A stretch of DNA of 61,370 bases, the filler included. It is 7 parts of 7 records of this genome, joined end to end, with 100 filler letters (N's around TTAATTAATTAA, not from the genome) between each part and the next. Parts side by side here need not be neighbours in the genome. Positions count along the whole stretch, not along the records: positions 1 to 22,691 come from SRR20825010_3414; 6 more parts are not named here. The stretch is one strand, 5' to 3'. This document shows, piece after piece, positions 11,241 through 21,491 of this stretch. Under the pieces are notes generated by a model that saw nothing but the letters and a program-made list of their open reading frames with translations, was not told where the DNA came from and ran no database searches. The stretch's first letter is position 1; each line of letters opens with the position of its first letter. A program made the position numbers and the translations under genes.

Positions 11241-12022
11241 AGCTGAATATCCGCCATGACACCACCTATAGCTACGACGAACCCATGCACAAAGGCATCC
11301 AGTATCTACGCCTGACACCCCGTAACACACCCCAGCAGAAGATACTGGAGTGGCACCTGAGCGCCCCCGGCGAAACCAGCCAGATGACAGACGGCTTCGG
11401 CAATATTGTTACCGTCATGACCATGGACAAAGCGACCAGGGAGATCACCCTGACGGCGGAGGGCGTGGTTGATCTCACGGGCAAACCATTAACCAAGGAC
11501 GACTCACCGTTTCCGCCCGAGGTGTTCCTGCGCCACACTCCGTTAACCGACGCCGACAAAGCCATCAAGGCCTTCGCCAGCCAGTTCTCCGCCAACAAGC
11601 GCAGCCTGGTGCGAATGATGAACCGTATCCTTGAGCACATCGAATTCACGCCCGGCGTCACCACGGTGACCCACACAGCCGCCGAAGCCTTCCAGCAGAA
11701 GGCGGGGGTGTGCCAGGACCATACCCATGTATTCATCTCCTGCTGCCGCCACATTGGGGTGCCGGTGCGGTATGTCAGCGGTTACATCCACACGTTCAGC
11801 GATGACCACCTAGCCACCCACGCCTGGGCCGAGGCCTGGCTGGGCCACAACTGGCATACCTTTGATGTGGTGAACCTGCTCAATGTTGCTGAAAGCCATA
11901 TCAAGCTGGCAACCGGGCTGGATTACCGGGATGCAGCACCCGTGCGGGGCATTCGCAGCGGCGGCGGTATGGAGCACCTGCAGACCCGTGCCTGGGTCAC
12001 CATGGCCGGGGAAAGCCAGTAA
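11237..12022 (+). CDS. transglutaminase-like protein
   Basis: IRHDTTYSY, LRLTPR, GVCQDHTH (catalytic Cys), RYVSGY, HAWAE, FD; ATGA overlap with alpha-E stop. Confidence 0.92.
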   Translation: MKLNIRHDTTYSYDEPMHKGIQYLRLTPRNTPQQKILEWHLSAPGETSQMTDGFGNIVTVMTMDKATREITLTAEGVVDLTGKPLTKDDSPFPPEVFLRHTPLTDADKAIKAFASQFSANKRSLVRMMNRILEHIEFTPGVTTVTHTAAEAFQQKAGVCQDHTHVFISCCRHIGVPVRYVSGYIHTFSDDHLATHAWAEAWLGHNWHTFDVVNLLNVAESHIKLATGLDYRDAAPVRGIRSGGGMEHLQTRAWVTMAGESQ

Positions 12023-12114
12023 CAAAAAGCTGTGCAAATTCCACACGCCGCTCCATGCTTTCTGCGCAGAAACGGGTAAACTGAGCGCATTCAGTACGAC
12101 CCGAGGGTAGCCCC

Positions 12115-12840
12115 ATGACCTATTGTGTGGCGATGCGCCTGGCCGACGGCCTGGTTTTCGCATCCGACTCCCGCACCAACGCGGGCTTTGACCAGATTTC
12201 GACCTTCCGCAAAATGCATGTCTTCGAACAGCCGGGGGAACGGGAACTGGTGATTCTATCGGCGGGCAACCTGGCCACCAGCCAGAGCGTGATCAGCCTG
12301 CTGGAAAAACGCGCCGGCTCCGAAGACCCCAATGTGTTCTCCACCGCCTCCATGTTCGAGACGGCAGAGGTTGTCGGCAGAACCATCCGCGAGGTTATTC
12401 ACCGCGACAACCCCGAGGGCAAAGTGAACCATGTGGACTTCAGCTGTTCACTGATACTGGGCGGCCAGATCCGGGGCGAACAGGTACGCCTGTTCAACAT
12501 CTACCCCGAAGGCAACTTCATTGAAGCCACTGAAGAAACGCCTTATTTCCAGATTGGCGAGTCGAAATACGGCAAGCCCATCCTCGACCGCGTCGTGAAC
12601 TACAATTCCTCACTGGACCGGGCCTACCAGTGCGCCCTGATTTCCTTCGACTCCACCATGAAGAGCAACCTGTCGGTGGGGATGCCGCTGGATGTGGCCA
12701 TATACCGCAACAACGAACTGAAGCCCTGCTTCGTCGATCGGGTGGACGAACACAACGACTACTTCCACCAACTCCGCCAACAGTGGCACCGGGGCATCCA
12801 GGAACTGATCAGCGGTCTGCAGCCGCCGGCGATCCGCTAG
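12115..12840 (+). CDS. anbu: Anbu proteasome-type (Ntn) protease
   Basis: MTYCV (N-terminal Thr), SDSRTNAG, AGNLATSQ, IYPEGNFI, QIGESKYGKPILDR, SNLSVG. Confidence 0.92.
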   Translation: MTYCVAMRLADGLVFASDSRTNAGFDQISTFRKMHVFEQPGERELVILSAGNLATSQSVISLLEKRAGSEDPNVFSTASMFETAEVVGRTIREVIHRDNPEGKVNHVDFSCSLILGGQIRGEQVRLFNIYPEGNFIEATEETPYFQIGESKYGKPILDRVVNYNSSLDRAYQCALISFDSTMKSNLSVGMPLDVAIYRNNELKPCFVDRVDEHNDYFHQLRQQWHRGIQELISGLQPPAIR

Positions 12841-12841
12841 C

Positions 12842-13942
12842 TCAGTTGCGGTAACCGGTCAGTTCCATATACCCCACACCATCGTGGGAACCTGTCACCG
12901 TCACCGGGCTTTCCCAATACGGGTAGAGCCCGGCGTTCCAGTAGTCGCCGGGCGGCGCGGCAACCTGTACATCCACGTTTTGCTGTGGCATCCGCAGGCG
13001 CCACTCCACAGGAACCCTGCCCTGCGGCGAGGATTGCCAGTCGAGTGGACTCAGGCTGATGTCGTTTCCGTTCAACGTTTCAACCTGCCCATTGGCGTTT
13101 ATCCAGCTGCCAGACACGAAGGCGCCTTGGTCTTCCCGCAGGCGAAACGCCATCAGTTTATGGCCGTCATCCAGATGCAGGGCGAACCAGTCCCAGCCCT
13201 GCTGGCCAGCCTTCAGGAACTGACTGCTCCACTCGCGATCGAACCAGCCCTTGCCGGAAACGGCCAGGGTTTCATCGCCAAGGGTCACCGTACCCTCAAT
13301 GTGCAGATCCACCAGGCTGAAATACATTGAGCCCTCGCCACTGGCGGATTTGGCACTGAACCCGTTTTTCCCATGGGGTACCGGTTTGCCGGTGTTGCTC
13401 AGGCGCAGATCGTAGCGCCAGTTACCGCCCTCAACCTGCAAATGCCACTGTTCGGAATCCGGTTGCGATACCAGCCGCCAGTCATCCAGCCATACCTGTA
13501 ACGGGTCCGCCCTGGCCCCGGCATGCCCCAAATCACCCCGGGCCAGCTTTTCTTCAAACCAGTGCTCACCCTCAAATGACACGGCGGCGTGTGCCATCCA
13601 CGCCGCGTCCAGGGGCCAGGCACTGGCCTCTGGTGGTTCCGCATTGGCGGGTCGCGGTTTCAAAGCCTGACGGAACTGTGTCCACTGCAGCCCCAGCGGT
13701 CTGCCGTCCTGGGTTTCCAGGTTAGCGGTCAGGTACCACCATTCAATACGGTGTTGCGGATGGGGCCCCCAGTCCTCGGGAAAGATCAGGGTGTCGCCTG
13801 GCTCCGGCTGCTGGAATTGCGATTGCTCCACCTCGCCTGTCTGCTGCGCAAGCCCGGCGAATCCGGTGTCGTTCTCCAAATCCGTACAGCCCGCAAGGAC
13901 GACCGCCAGTAGGCCGGCAACAACGCCGGTTTGGATATTCAT
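12842..13942 (-). CDS. lipocalin-like AttH/CrtC-type lipoprotein
   Basis: lipobox LAGC; HRIEWWYLTANL, GWFDREWSSQ, WDWF, YWE, GYMELTGY. Confidence 0.85.
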   Translation of the reverse strand: MNIQTGVVAGLLAVVLAGCTDLENDTGFAGLAQQTGEVEQSQFQQPEPGDTLIFPEDWGPHPQHRIEWWYLTANLETQDGRPLGLQWTQFRQALKPRPANAEPPEASAWPLDAAWMAHAAVSFEGEHWFEEKLARGDLGHAGARADPLQVWLDDWRLVSQPDSEQWHLQVEGGNWRYDLRLSNTGKPVPHGKNGFSAKSASGEGSMYFSLVDLHIEGTVTLGDETLAVSGKGWFDREWSSQFLKAGQQGWDWFALHLDDGHKLMAFRLREDQGAFVSGSWINANGQVETLNGNDISLSPLDWQSSPQGRVPVEWRLRMPQQNVDVQVAAPPGDYWNAGLYPYWESPVTVTGSHDGVGYMELTGYRN

Positions 13943-16206
13943 GGCTCCACCTGTTTAATGCTGTCCATGTGGCCAAGCTGCCGGCGCATCAGATGGGCGA
14001 TTATCAGCCCTGTCGCCACGGCCACCAAACCCAGTTCAATCCAGAACAACGGGTACAGGTCCATCGGCAATGACCACCCAAAAGCCAGCGGGTTGATGCG
14101 ACTGACCAGCACCCAGGTCAGCCACACGCCCAGCGGTAGCGCAGCAATGGTCACCGTGAGGGTCAGCGCCACCGACAGACGCCGGAGCTGACGCCTGACC
14201 TTCGATGCAGGCAGTCCCCAAACGCCCAGCAGTTGAAAGTATTTCACCCGGGTAATGAAAAAGACCCATCCCATAATCAGCAGGGCCATCGCCGCCAGCA
14301 ACAAGGTCAACAGGCTGATGGCGCGGGTAAGCAGGAACGTCTGACTGAAGACCTTCGACGCCAGGGCCCGGATGCTGTTGTTGTCCCTGATGGTGAGTTC
14401 CGACGTCTGCCAGGTGTCCGACAGGCGCCCGCGGATGTCGGACATCGCCACGCCGCCGGGTGTCACCGAAAAGCTTTGGAAGTGGGGCTTGAAAGCCGCC
14501 GGCAGCGCAGAACCGGCCATCAGAATTTCCCCCGCAGGCCGCCCGTAGTCGGCGTAGATAGCCACCACTTCTGCATTACGATTGGTATCCGCTAATCTGA
14601 TGTCGAGGGTGTCGCCCACCTCAAGCCGGTAGCGCCGGGCCAACTGCTCATTGATCATTACGCTATCGGTCTCAAGCTTTTGCCAGGGCTCCTCAACACT
14701 TTCCAACAGAGACCATTTTGTCACCAGATCACTGATTGGCATCAGGGCAAACAGGTCCACCGCAATACGCTCATCGCCAAGGCCGCGTTGGCTCCCGGAA
14801 TCCGCCCTCGCAATGTGTGCCTGGCCACGGATCACCCGATGCCACGGCCCGATGCCGTCCAGGCTCTGCAATTGCGCAGCCGCCATGTCGGCGTCTGCAT
14901 TCGCAGGCACCTCCACATAGAACTCCGCTTCCAGGCGCTGGGCCAGCCAGGTTTCGAAGGTGCCCTCAAAGGTCGTCACCAACGCCTGCACCGCCAGCAC
15001 CGTGGCCATGGCAAATTGCAGCGCCACCACCGGCAACGCCAGGTGCCGGAACATCACCGCCAGTTCCCGTTGCCGCCAGCGGGCAAGTGGGTCTTCTCTT
15101 CGTGAGCCGGTGCGATTGGAAAGCCGTTGGGCAAGCAGCGCCAACCATCCAGGTGTCAGCCAACCGGCGCCCGCAAACACCATCGCCGTCGCGACAAAAA
15201 CCCAGGCTAGGTCCGGGGCCAGGGCAACCCCCACCAACCCGACCAGAAACATCAGGAAGGCAATCGTTCGGCCCCGGCCCTCGCCAGCCATCGCCCGCCA
15301 ACGCGCCGGGACCACCCAGTCCACCAGACAGACCGCCAACACCAGAAAGACCACGATGGCGGCGGCCCTCCAGGGCAGTGCTTCTTCAGCACCGGCATAG
15401 ACGGCCACATCAAACAGGCTGTCGAGGGCCTGGCCGAAACCGCTACCCAGCATCCCGGCAAGCCTTGCCCCCAACCATAACCCCGGCACAACGCAAATAC
15501 CGGTCAGTACCAACAGCTCCAAGGTCAGCCACTGCGTTATCCGTTGGCGAGGCACACCAAACCGATGCAGCAGGGAAAAGCTGCCGTGCCGTTGAGCAAT
15601 CCCCAATCGATGTACGCTGCGCACCAGAAGGCCCGTAATCAGAAGCACCAGGAGGCTCAGGGCATCCAGATTCAGCAGGAAACTGTCCGCCAGTTCACCG
15701 GTGGGTGGGCCCATGGAAAACTCACGCAGGATATAACCGGTTGGCAAATCACGGTTCTCATCCCGCGTCAGCAGGTAAAGCCGGCTGCCGTACCCTTCTT
15801 TCGAAAGTTCTGCGGCCTCGCTGATATCGAGGAAAGGCGCACCATCCAACGTGTCGGCACCACTGCCGAGGCCAGTGTCACCGAAACACCCCATCGCCAG
15901 CGGGTCGATGCCGATCACCCGCCCTTCCGGCGGCGGTCGCTGCAGCTCCAGCCAGGGCGCCACACACACGCCGGCCATACGCAGGGCAGCAAAGTCATCC
16001 ACACCCACCGGTCGCCCATCCGAGCGAATCACATGAGCGCGAGCCGCCACCGCATTCTCGCTCTGCAACAGACTATTGCGGGCCTGATCGGTCAGTACCG
16101 TCACCCCGGTCCAAAGCATGGTTGCCAGCACAATCATCAACGCCAGAGCCAACAGCTGGATGGGGTGGCGGCGGTAGTGGCTGACGAAGGCGCGCGCAAG
16201 CATCAT
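13939..16206 (-). CDS. FtsX-like ABC permease (AttF/G-like)
   Basis: multiple TM segments, VAIYADYGRPAG, INPLAFGW; coupled to ABC ATPase and lipocalin gene. Confidence 0.85.
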   Translation of the reverse strand: MMLARAFVSHYRRHPIQLLALALMIVLATMLWTGVTVLTDQARNSLLQSENAVAARAHVIRSDGRPVGVDDFAALRMAGVCVAPWLELQRPPPEGRVIGIDPLAMGCFGDTGLGSGADTLDGAPFLDISEAAELSKEGYGSRLYLLTRDENRDLPTGYILREFSMGPPTGELADSFLLNLDALSLLVLLITGLLVRSVHRLGIAQRHGSFSLLHRFGVPRQRITQWLTLELLVLTGICVVPGLWLGARLAGMLGSGFGQALDSLFDVAVYAGAEEALPWRAAAIVVFLVLAVCLVDWVVPARWRAMAGEGRGRTIAFLMFLVGLVGVALAPDLAWVFVATAMVFAGAGWLTPGWLALLAQRLSNRTGSRREDPLARWRQRELAVMFRHLALPVVALQFAMATVLAVQALVTTFEGTFETWLAQRLEAEFYVEVPANADADMAAAQLQSLDGIGPWHRVIRGQAHIARADSGSQRGLGDERIAVDLFALMPISDLVTKWSLLESVEEPWQKLETDSVMINEQLARRYRLEVGDTLDIRLADTNRNAEVVAIYADYGRPAGEILMAGSALPAAFKPHFQSFSVTPGGVAMSDIRGRLSDTWQTSELTIRDNNSIRALASKVFSQTFLLTRAISLLTLLLAAMALLIMGWVFFITRVKYFQLLGVWGLPASKVRRQLRRLSVALTLTVTIAALPLGVWLTWVLVSRINPLAFGWSLPMDLYPLFWIELGLVAVATGLIIAHLMRRQLGHMDSIKQVEP

Positions 16207-16209
16207 TGG

Positions 16210-16878
16210 TCAAACAGTCGTGCTGAGATCAAGCAAGTGGTCGCAGCGGGACGCCAGCTCCCTGTCGTGGGTAGCAAGGACCAGTGCACAACCGGTTTGC
16301 TGTTGCACAGTGAACAGGCAGTCCGCCACCTCATCAGCGGTGTGACGATCAAGGCTGCCGGTGGGCTCGTCCGCCAGAATCAACGCCGGAGCCATGGCGA
16401 ATACCATGGCCAGTGCCGCTCGCTGGGCCTGGCCACCTGACACCTGATCCGGGTAACGGTCAGCTTCGGCCCCCACACCCAGGCGCTCCAGCCACTCACG
16501 CTCGCCGCCAGCATTGTGGCCGGCCAAATGGGAGCGCAGGCGAACGTTGTCCAGCAGCGAGAGCGCGGGCATCAGATTAACGTCCTGGAACACCACGCCA
16601 ATGGTGCGCCGGCGGAGTTCTGCCCAGCGCACTTCGGCGCCTGCGCCAGTTGCTGCAAAGGACTCACCCGCGACGGCGATGCGTCCGTCATCCAGTGTCT
16701 GCAGGCCACACAACAGGTTCAGCAAAGTGCTCTTACCGGAACCTGATCGTCCCACAACCGCCAGGGACTCCCCCGAACAAACCGACAGGGACAGATCCGC
16801 CAGCACGGACACCAGCTGGCGACCGCTGATATAACCTTTGCTTAACCCTTCAACGGCCAATACCGGACTTCCCATCAT
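16210..16878 (-). CDS. ABC transporter ATP-binding protein (LolD/AttE-like)
   Basis: GRSGSGKST, VSGGQAQR, LILADEPTGSLD, ATHD. Confidence 0.92.
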   Translation of the reverse strand: MMGSPVLAVEGLSKGYISGRQLVSVLADLSLSVCSGESLAVVGRSGSGKSTLLNLLCGLQTLDDGRIAVAGESFAATGAGAEVRWAELRRRTIGVVFQDVNLMPALSLLDNVRLRSHLAGHNAGGEREWLERLGVGAEADRYPDQVSGGQAQRAALAMVFAMAPALILADEPTGSLDRHTADEVADCLFTVQQQTGCALVLATHDRELASRCDHLLDLSTTV

Positions 16879-17116
16879 GCGCTCCGCTGGACAGTATCTT
16901 TAAGTACTATACAGCCCGAATGCCCTTATGGATCCGGGCCGGGACGTTGGTGAATTTGGATTTAGAGGCAGAAATGCTACGACTTTAGTCTTAACTCCCC
17001 TCACTTTTTTGTTGAAAATCTGATCTAATTCGCCCCTCTTTACTTGTGCTTACATTACCTACATATTTTTACCGCCTGGATACATTGAGTTACCGGGCCA
17101 CCAAAGATCTCGCCTC

Positions 17117-18196
17117 ATGGATAGCTACAAAGAACCCCTGAAAGCCCTGGCTCGCCCCTATCGCAAGGCGGTATTAAAGGCGTTGCTGGTTCTCACCATG
17201 CTCGGGGGCGCCCTGTTTGCCATGCTCAACCTGCTCACAGGCAGTTATCCGTTAGCCATCGTCGAACTCGCAATGGGTGCATACGCCATTCTCGTTTACA
17301 GGGCGGTACGCAACACACAGCATCTTGAGCGCTGGATCATTGCTTACGCCATCCCGTTTTTCACCGCCATGATGTTTGCCATCGCCATCCCCAGAGCCTC
17401 GGCCACCGTACACGCCTGGGTGCTCCTGATTCCGATCGTCTCTCACCTGCTGATGGGGCGTCGACTCGGCCTGGCTGTCTCCGTGTTTTACATGAGTATC
17501 GCCGGCATTATTTTCCTGCTCAAACATCACGATGAGCCGGCCATGATGCAAGCACTGCCGATCGCCAACATTGCCGTCATCTCCCTGTGCATCCTGGTGT
17601 TCTCCCACGTCTACGAAGTGACCCGGGAACAGTCACAGCGCCAACTGCTCAAGATTGCCCAGACCGACACCCTCACTGGCCTTGCCAACCGGGCCAGGCT
17701 CAGTGACATCTTCAAACGGGAGCAACAGCGCAGCCGACGCTATAACACGCCGATGACCCTGCTCGCGCTCGACCTCGATCATTTCAAAGAGGTCAACGAC
17801 CGCTATGGCCACGACACCGGCGATCTGGCCCTGCAACACGTTGCCCGTATTTTCCGGGAATGCCTGCGTGCAACCGATCTGGCGGCACGCCTGGGAGGGG
17901 AAGAGTTTGGCATACTGCTGACCAATACCAATGGCCAGCAAGGCCTGGAGGTGGCTGAAAAAATCCGTATTGCGGTCGCCTCTACCCCATTGACCGTCAA
18001 CAACGACGTTATCCGTCTGACTCTCAGTGGTGGCGTCGCGGAGTTCGGGCCAGACGGCGAGACCCTGCGCCAGTTGGTAAGAGAAGCCGACAAACGTCTG
18101 TACGAAGCAAAGGACCGGGGCCGCAATCTGATCATACCTGCGGAGACAACCGCCAGCCTTCTGGAACCGCTGGAGTCAGACACCCACCGCGCATGA
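17117..18196 (+). CDS. membrane-anchored diguanylate cyclase
   Basis: N-terminal TM helices; DLDHFKEVNDRYGH, I-site RATD, RLGGEEF. Confidence 0.92.
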   Translation: MDSYKEPLKALARPYRKAVLKALLVLTMLGGALFAMLNLLTGSYPLAIVELAMGAYAILVYRAVRNTQHLERWIIAYAIPFFTAMMFAIAIPRASATVHAWVLLIPIVSHLLMGRRLGLAVSVFYMSIAGIIFLLKHHDEPAMMQALPIANIAVISLCILVFSHVYEVTREQSQRQLLKIAQTDTLTGLANRARLSDIFKREQQRSRRYNTPMTLLALDLDHFKEVNDRYGHDTGDLALQHVARIFRECLRATDLAARLGGEEFGILLTNTNGQQGLEVAEKIRIAVASTPLTVNNDVIRLTLSGGVAEFGPDGETLRQLVREADKRLYEAKDRGRNLIIPAETTASLLEPLESDTHRA

Positions 18197-18257
18197 GACA
18201 GAATGCCGCATCCGACTGAAGACATTCCCGCAGTAGCACCGTCGAAAACCCGCTAGA

Positions 18258-19535
18258 ATGCATGCCATGGAATGGCTGACTCACTCACAAACCGGTTTTC
18301 AACAGGCGGCGCGCTACCTTCTCACCATGCGTCTGGCCATCGTGGTCATTCAGTTGGTCGCCGTTGCCATCGCCGACACCATGGTCACCCTGGCCCATCG
18401 GCCAGAAGCCCTGTTGATATGCCTGCTCTACACCGTACTGGCAACCCTTGGCTGGCTCTGGTTTACCCGCCGGCCTCCCCGTTTGACGGTTACGGTCAGC
18501 CTCGGGCTCGCCCTGGATCTTTTCCTGATCAGCGCCTGGCTATTCCTCACAGGAGGCTATACCAATCCGCTTGTCTCGCTGCTGCTGCTTCCCATTGCCG
18601 TTGCCATCATCCTGGTCCCCTTGCGCGAAAGCATTGCTCTGACGGTCATCGGTTTTGGCTTCTACACCGCCATGGTGCTGTGGCACACGCCGCTTACCCA
18701 CGAACATCACAACGCCAACCTGACCCAACTGCACCTGATGGGCATGTGGGCCACCTTTGCCATCACCGCCACCATGCTGTTGCTGGTGGTTGGCTCACTG
18801 GCCCGTCGGTTGCGACAGAAACAGGGACAACTGGCCGAATTCCGGGAGAACCGGCTCAGGGATGAACAGGTGATTGCCCTGGGCCTGTCCGCCGCGGCGG
18901 TGGCGCATCGGCTGGGTACGCCGCTGAACACCATGGCCCTGCTGGTGGATGAAATGAAGTCCGTGCACACCGACCCTTCACTTGCAGACGACCTTGGGTT
19001 GATGGAGAAGCAACTGGGCCTTTGCAGCAACCACCTGCACCAACTGTCCACCGCCGCCATGCAGGCCAAGGCCGCGCAGCAGGAAGTCCTTCCGCTGCAC
19101 TTCTGGATGATGCGGCTGCGGGAGTCAGCCACGCTGTTGTGGCCGGCGTCGCCCATCCACTGGCAGGCGCCATTCCCCGACCAGCCCGTCGCCGTGGATG
19201 CCACCCTGGACCAGGCCATACTGAACCTTCTGGCCAACGCCCTGACGGCCAGCCCATCGTGGGTCGCAGTCAGCGCGGGGGACAGCGACGAGGGACGGGT
19301 CGCAATCGTGGTTGAGGATCATGGCAAGGGTCTGGAACTCTCACTGCAGAACACCGCCGGCGATGGCGTTGTAGACTCCGAACATGGCCTGGGCGTAGGG
19401 CTGTTCCTCTCCAACGCCACCATCCAGCGCCACGGTGGCACCCTCAAAGCCAGGGCCGACCGCACGGGCACCACCATGATCATCGACCTGCCACAAGCGC
19501 AAGCCCATACCCAGGGCGACAAGGAGGCGGAATGA
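18258..19535 (+). CDS. RegB/PrrB-like sensor histidine kinase
   Basis: TM region with GGYTNPL (cf. GGxxNPF), H-box AHRLGTPLNT, NLLANA, DHGKG, GLGVGLFL. Confidence 0.85.
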   Translation: MHAMEWLTHSQTGFQQAARYLLTMRLAIVVIQLVAVAIADTMVTLAHRPEALLICLLYTVLATLGWLWFTRRPPRLTVTVSLGLALDLFLISAWLFLTGGYTNPLVSLLLLPIAVAIILVPLRESIALTVIGFGFYTAMVLWHTPLTHEHHNANLTQLHLMGMWATFAITATMLLLVVGSLARRLRQKQGQLAEFRENRLRDEQVIALGLSAAAVAHRLGTPLNTMALLVDEMKSVHTDPSLADDLGLMEKQLGLCSNHLHQLSTAAMQAKAAQQEVLPLHFWMMRLRESATLLWPASPIHWQAPFPDQPVAVDATLDQAILNLLANALTASPSWVAVSAGDSDEGRVAIVVEDHGKGLELSLQNTAGDGVVDSEHGLGVGLFLSNATIQRHGGTLKARADRTGTTMIIDLPQAQAHTQGDKEAE

Positions 19536-20068
19536 ACGGCCAGCCGACCTGGTTGCTGATCGACGATGACGAAGCCTTCGTGCAGGTGCTACAGCGTTCC
19601 CTGAAGCGCCAGAACATCGAGGCCACGTGTGCCCTCAACCGTCTGGAGGCCATAGCAGCACTGGAATCACAGACCTTTCATCGCTGCGTGCTGGATCTCA
19701 ACCTGGCCGGCGAAAGCGGCCTGCAATTGTTGCCCGAGCTGCTGGCCCTTCAACCCGAACTGGAGGTGCTGGTACTGACGGGGTACGGCAGCATCGCCAC
19801 CGCCGTGGAAGCCATGCGCCGGGGTGCCGTCAACTACCTGTGCAAACCGGTCACACTGAGCCAACTGACGGCCGGTTTCAGCCCACTGGACGGCCCACCG
19901 GCAACCCGTGAAGAACCCCCAACGGTGGAGGAAATGGAGTGGGAACACATTCAACGGGTGCTGAACGAGCACGACGGCAATGTGTCCTCAACGGCCCGGG
20001 CGCTGAACATGCACCGGCGAACCCTGCAACGGAAGCTTCAGAAGCATTCCCGCTGGCGGAATCAGTGA
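19532..20068 (+). CDS. RegA/PrrA-like response regulator
   Basis: LTGYGSIATAVEAM, EWEHIQRVL...GNVSSTARALNMHRRTLQRKL. Confidence 0.9.
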   Translation: MNGQPTWLLIDDDEAFVQVLQRSLKRQNIEATCALNRLEAIAALESQTFHRCVLDLNLAGESGLQLLPELLALQPELEVLVLTGYGSIATAVEAMRRGAVNYLCKPVTLSQLTAGFSPLDGPPATREEPPTVEEMEWEHIQRVLNEHDGNVSSTARALNMHRRTLQRKLQKHSRWRNQ

Positions 20069-20108
20069 TGCTATGAAAACGCAGCCGTTAGGCGCGGGTT
20101 AAACGGCG

Positions 20109-21491
20109 TCAGGCCAGGCGCCGTAGCCAGGTTTCACGCCGCAGGTAGATCACCATCATAACGGCTTTCACCACTTCATCCGCAACAAAGCCGGCAAACA
20201 CACCCCAAAGGCCAAACCCAAGATAGAGCCCAAAATACCAGGCCACGGGCACTCCAACACCGGCAAAGCCAATCAGGGTGATCACCATCGGTGCGCGGGT
20301 ATCGCCACCGGCCCTCAGAATGCCCGGAATAATCATGGTTAACGCCGTGGCACCGCTATAAAGAACGCTCAGAGCCACCATCCAGATCACCCGCTCCCGG
20401 GTTAAATCGCTGATTTCGTAGAACTGCAGGAACAAGGGGGTAAGCAATGCCACGATCAATGTCAGCAGCGGCAGCACCAGCAACACCATGCGGATACCCA
20501 TGGCGGTGTACGCTCGTGCCCGCTGCGGATGCCGGCCACCCAGCGATTCCCCCAGGGCAATGCTGGCGGCTTGCTGTAATCCGACACCCGGAGCCAGCGA
20601 AAACCCACGAATAATCGACGCCACCAAAAAGGCCGCGTAGGCTTCCGCACCCACCCGGTTAAACATCATGGTGTAAATAAACGCCGACCCTTGCCACAGA
20701 AAACCATCCACGGACAGCGGATACCCCAGGTACAGGATTCGCCTGAGCCGTTGCCACGCCAGCCCGGAGACGTCCCTTACCCGAGCATTGACCGCCGGAT
20801 GGCGGAGAACGGCGCGTAGCATGAACACCGCCTGAAACAACCACGCCAGCACAGTGGCGATTGCAACACCGGGAAGCCCAAGAGGTGGGAACAGGGGCTC
20901 GGTTACGCCCTGAATGGCACCGCCAAACAGCAACAGGTAGTTACCCAGGGCGTTAAGCACATTGCCATACAGGGCCAGTCGCATGGGGGTGCGGGTGTTG
21001 CCGAGGGACTGGAGCACATACATGGCCACATGGGCAATCACCAGAGCAGGCAACCCCAGCCCGATGATCCACAGATAGCCATAGCCAATGCCCGGCAGCC
21101 CGGAGCGCTCCGCCGGAGCACGGAACAGGTCCGTAGTCAGCAAAGCCAGAAGCGACTCGCCAAAGACAATATACAGAGCCCCAATGGCCATGCCCGTAAA
21201 CAGGCCGGCGGTCAGCAGGGTTGCCAGGGTCTCACGGATCTCGGCGTGCTTCCGGGCGCCACGCAACTGGGCGGTAATCACGGCGCCACCCTCAGTCAGG
21301 GCCGCATAGCAGAGTACCACCAGGAAGTTCAGCTGCAGGCAGATTCCCAGCGCTGCGATGGTCTGCTCACCGAACTGACCCACCATCAGGTTGTCCACCA
21401 CGCCGGTGAGCTGAAACAGATAGAACTGGATAATGATGGGCCAGGCCAGGGTCATCAACCGCTGGCGCACGGGGCCTGAACTGGGGACCAT
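20109..21491 (-). CDS. MATE family efflux transporter
   Basis: LAWPII, VDNLMVGQFG, LQSLGNTRTPM, ILRAGGDTRAPM. Confidence 0.9.
   Translation of the reverse strand: MVPSSGPVRQRLMTLAWPIIIQFYLFQLTGVVDNLMVGQFGEQTIAALGICLQLNFLVVLCYAALTEGGAVITAQLRGARKHAEIRETLATLLTAGLFTGMAIGALYIVFGESLLALLTTDLFRAPAERSGLPGIGYGYLWIIGLGLPALVIAHVAMYVLQSLGNTRTPMRLALYGNVLNALGNYLLLFGGAIQGVTEPLFPPLGLPGVAIATVLAWLFQAVFMLRAVLRHPAVNARVRDVSGLAWQRLRRILYLGYPLSVDGFLWQGSAFIYTMMFNRVGAEAYAAFLVASIIRGFSLAPGVGLQQAASIALGESLGGRHPQRARAYTAMGIRMVLLVLPLLTLIVALLTPLFLQFYEISDLTRERVIWMVALSVLYSGATALTMIIPGILRAGGDTRAPMVITLIGFAGVGVPVAWYFGLYLGFGLWGVFAGFVADEVVKAVMMVIYLRRETWLRRLA

Noticed and set aside
16981-16990. GACTTTAGTC near-palindrome between the ABC operon and the diguanylate cyclase
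   Set aside because: Only 10 bp, single copy, no regulator to assign
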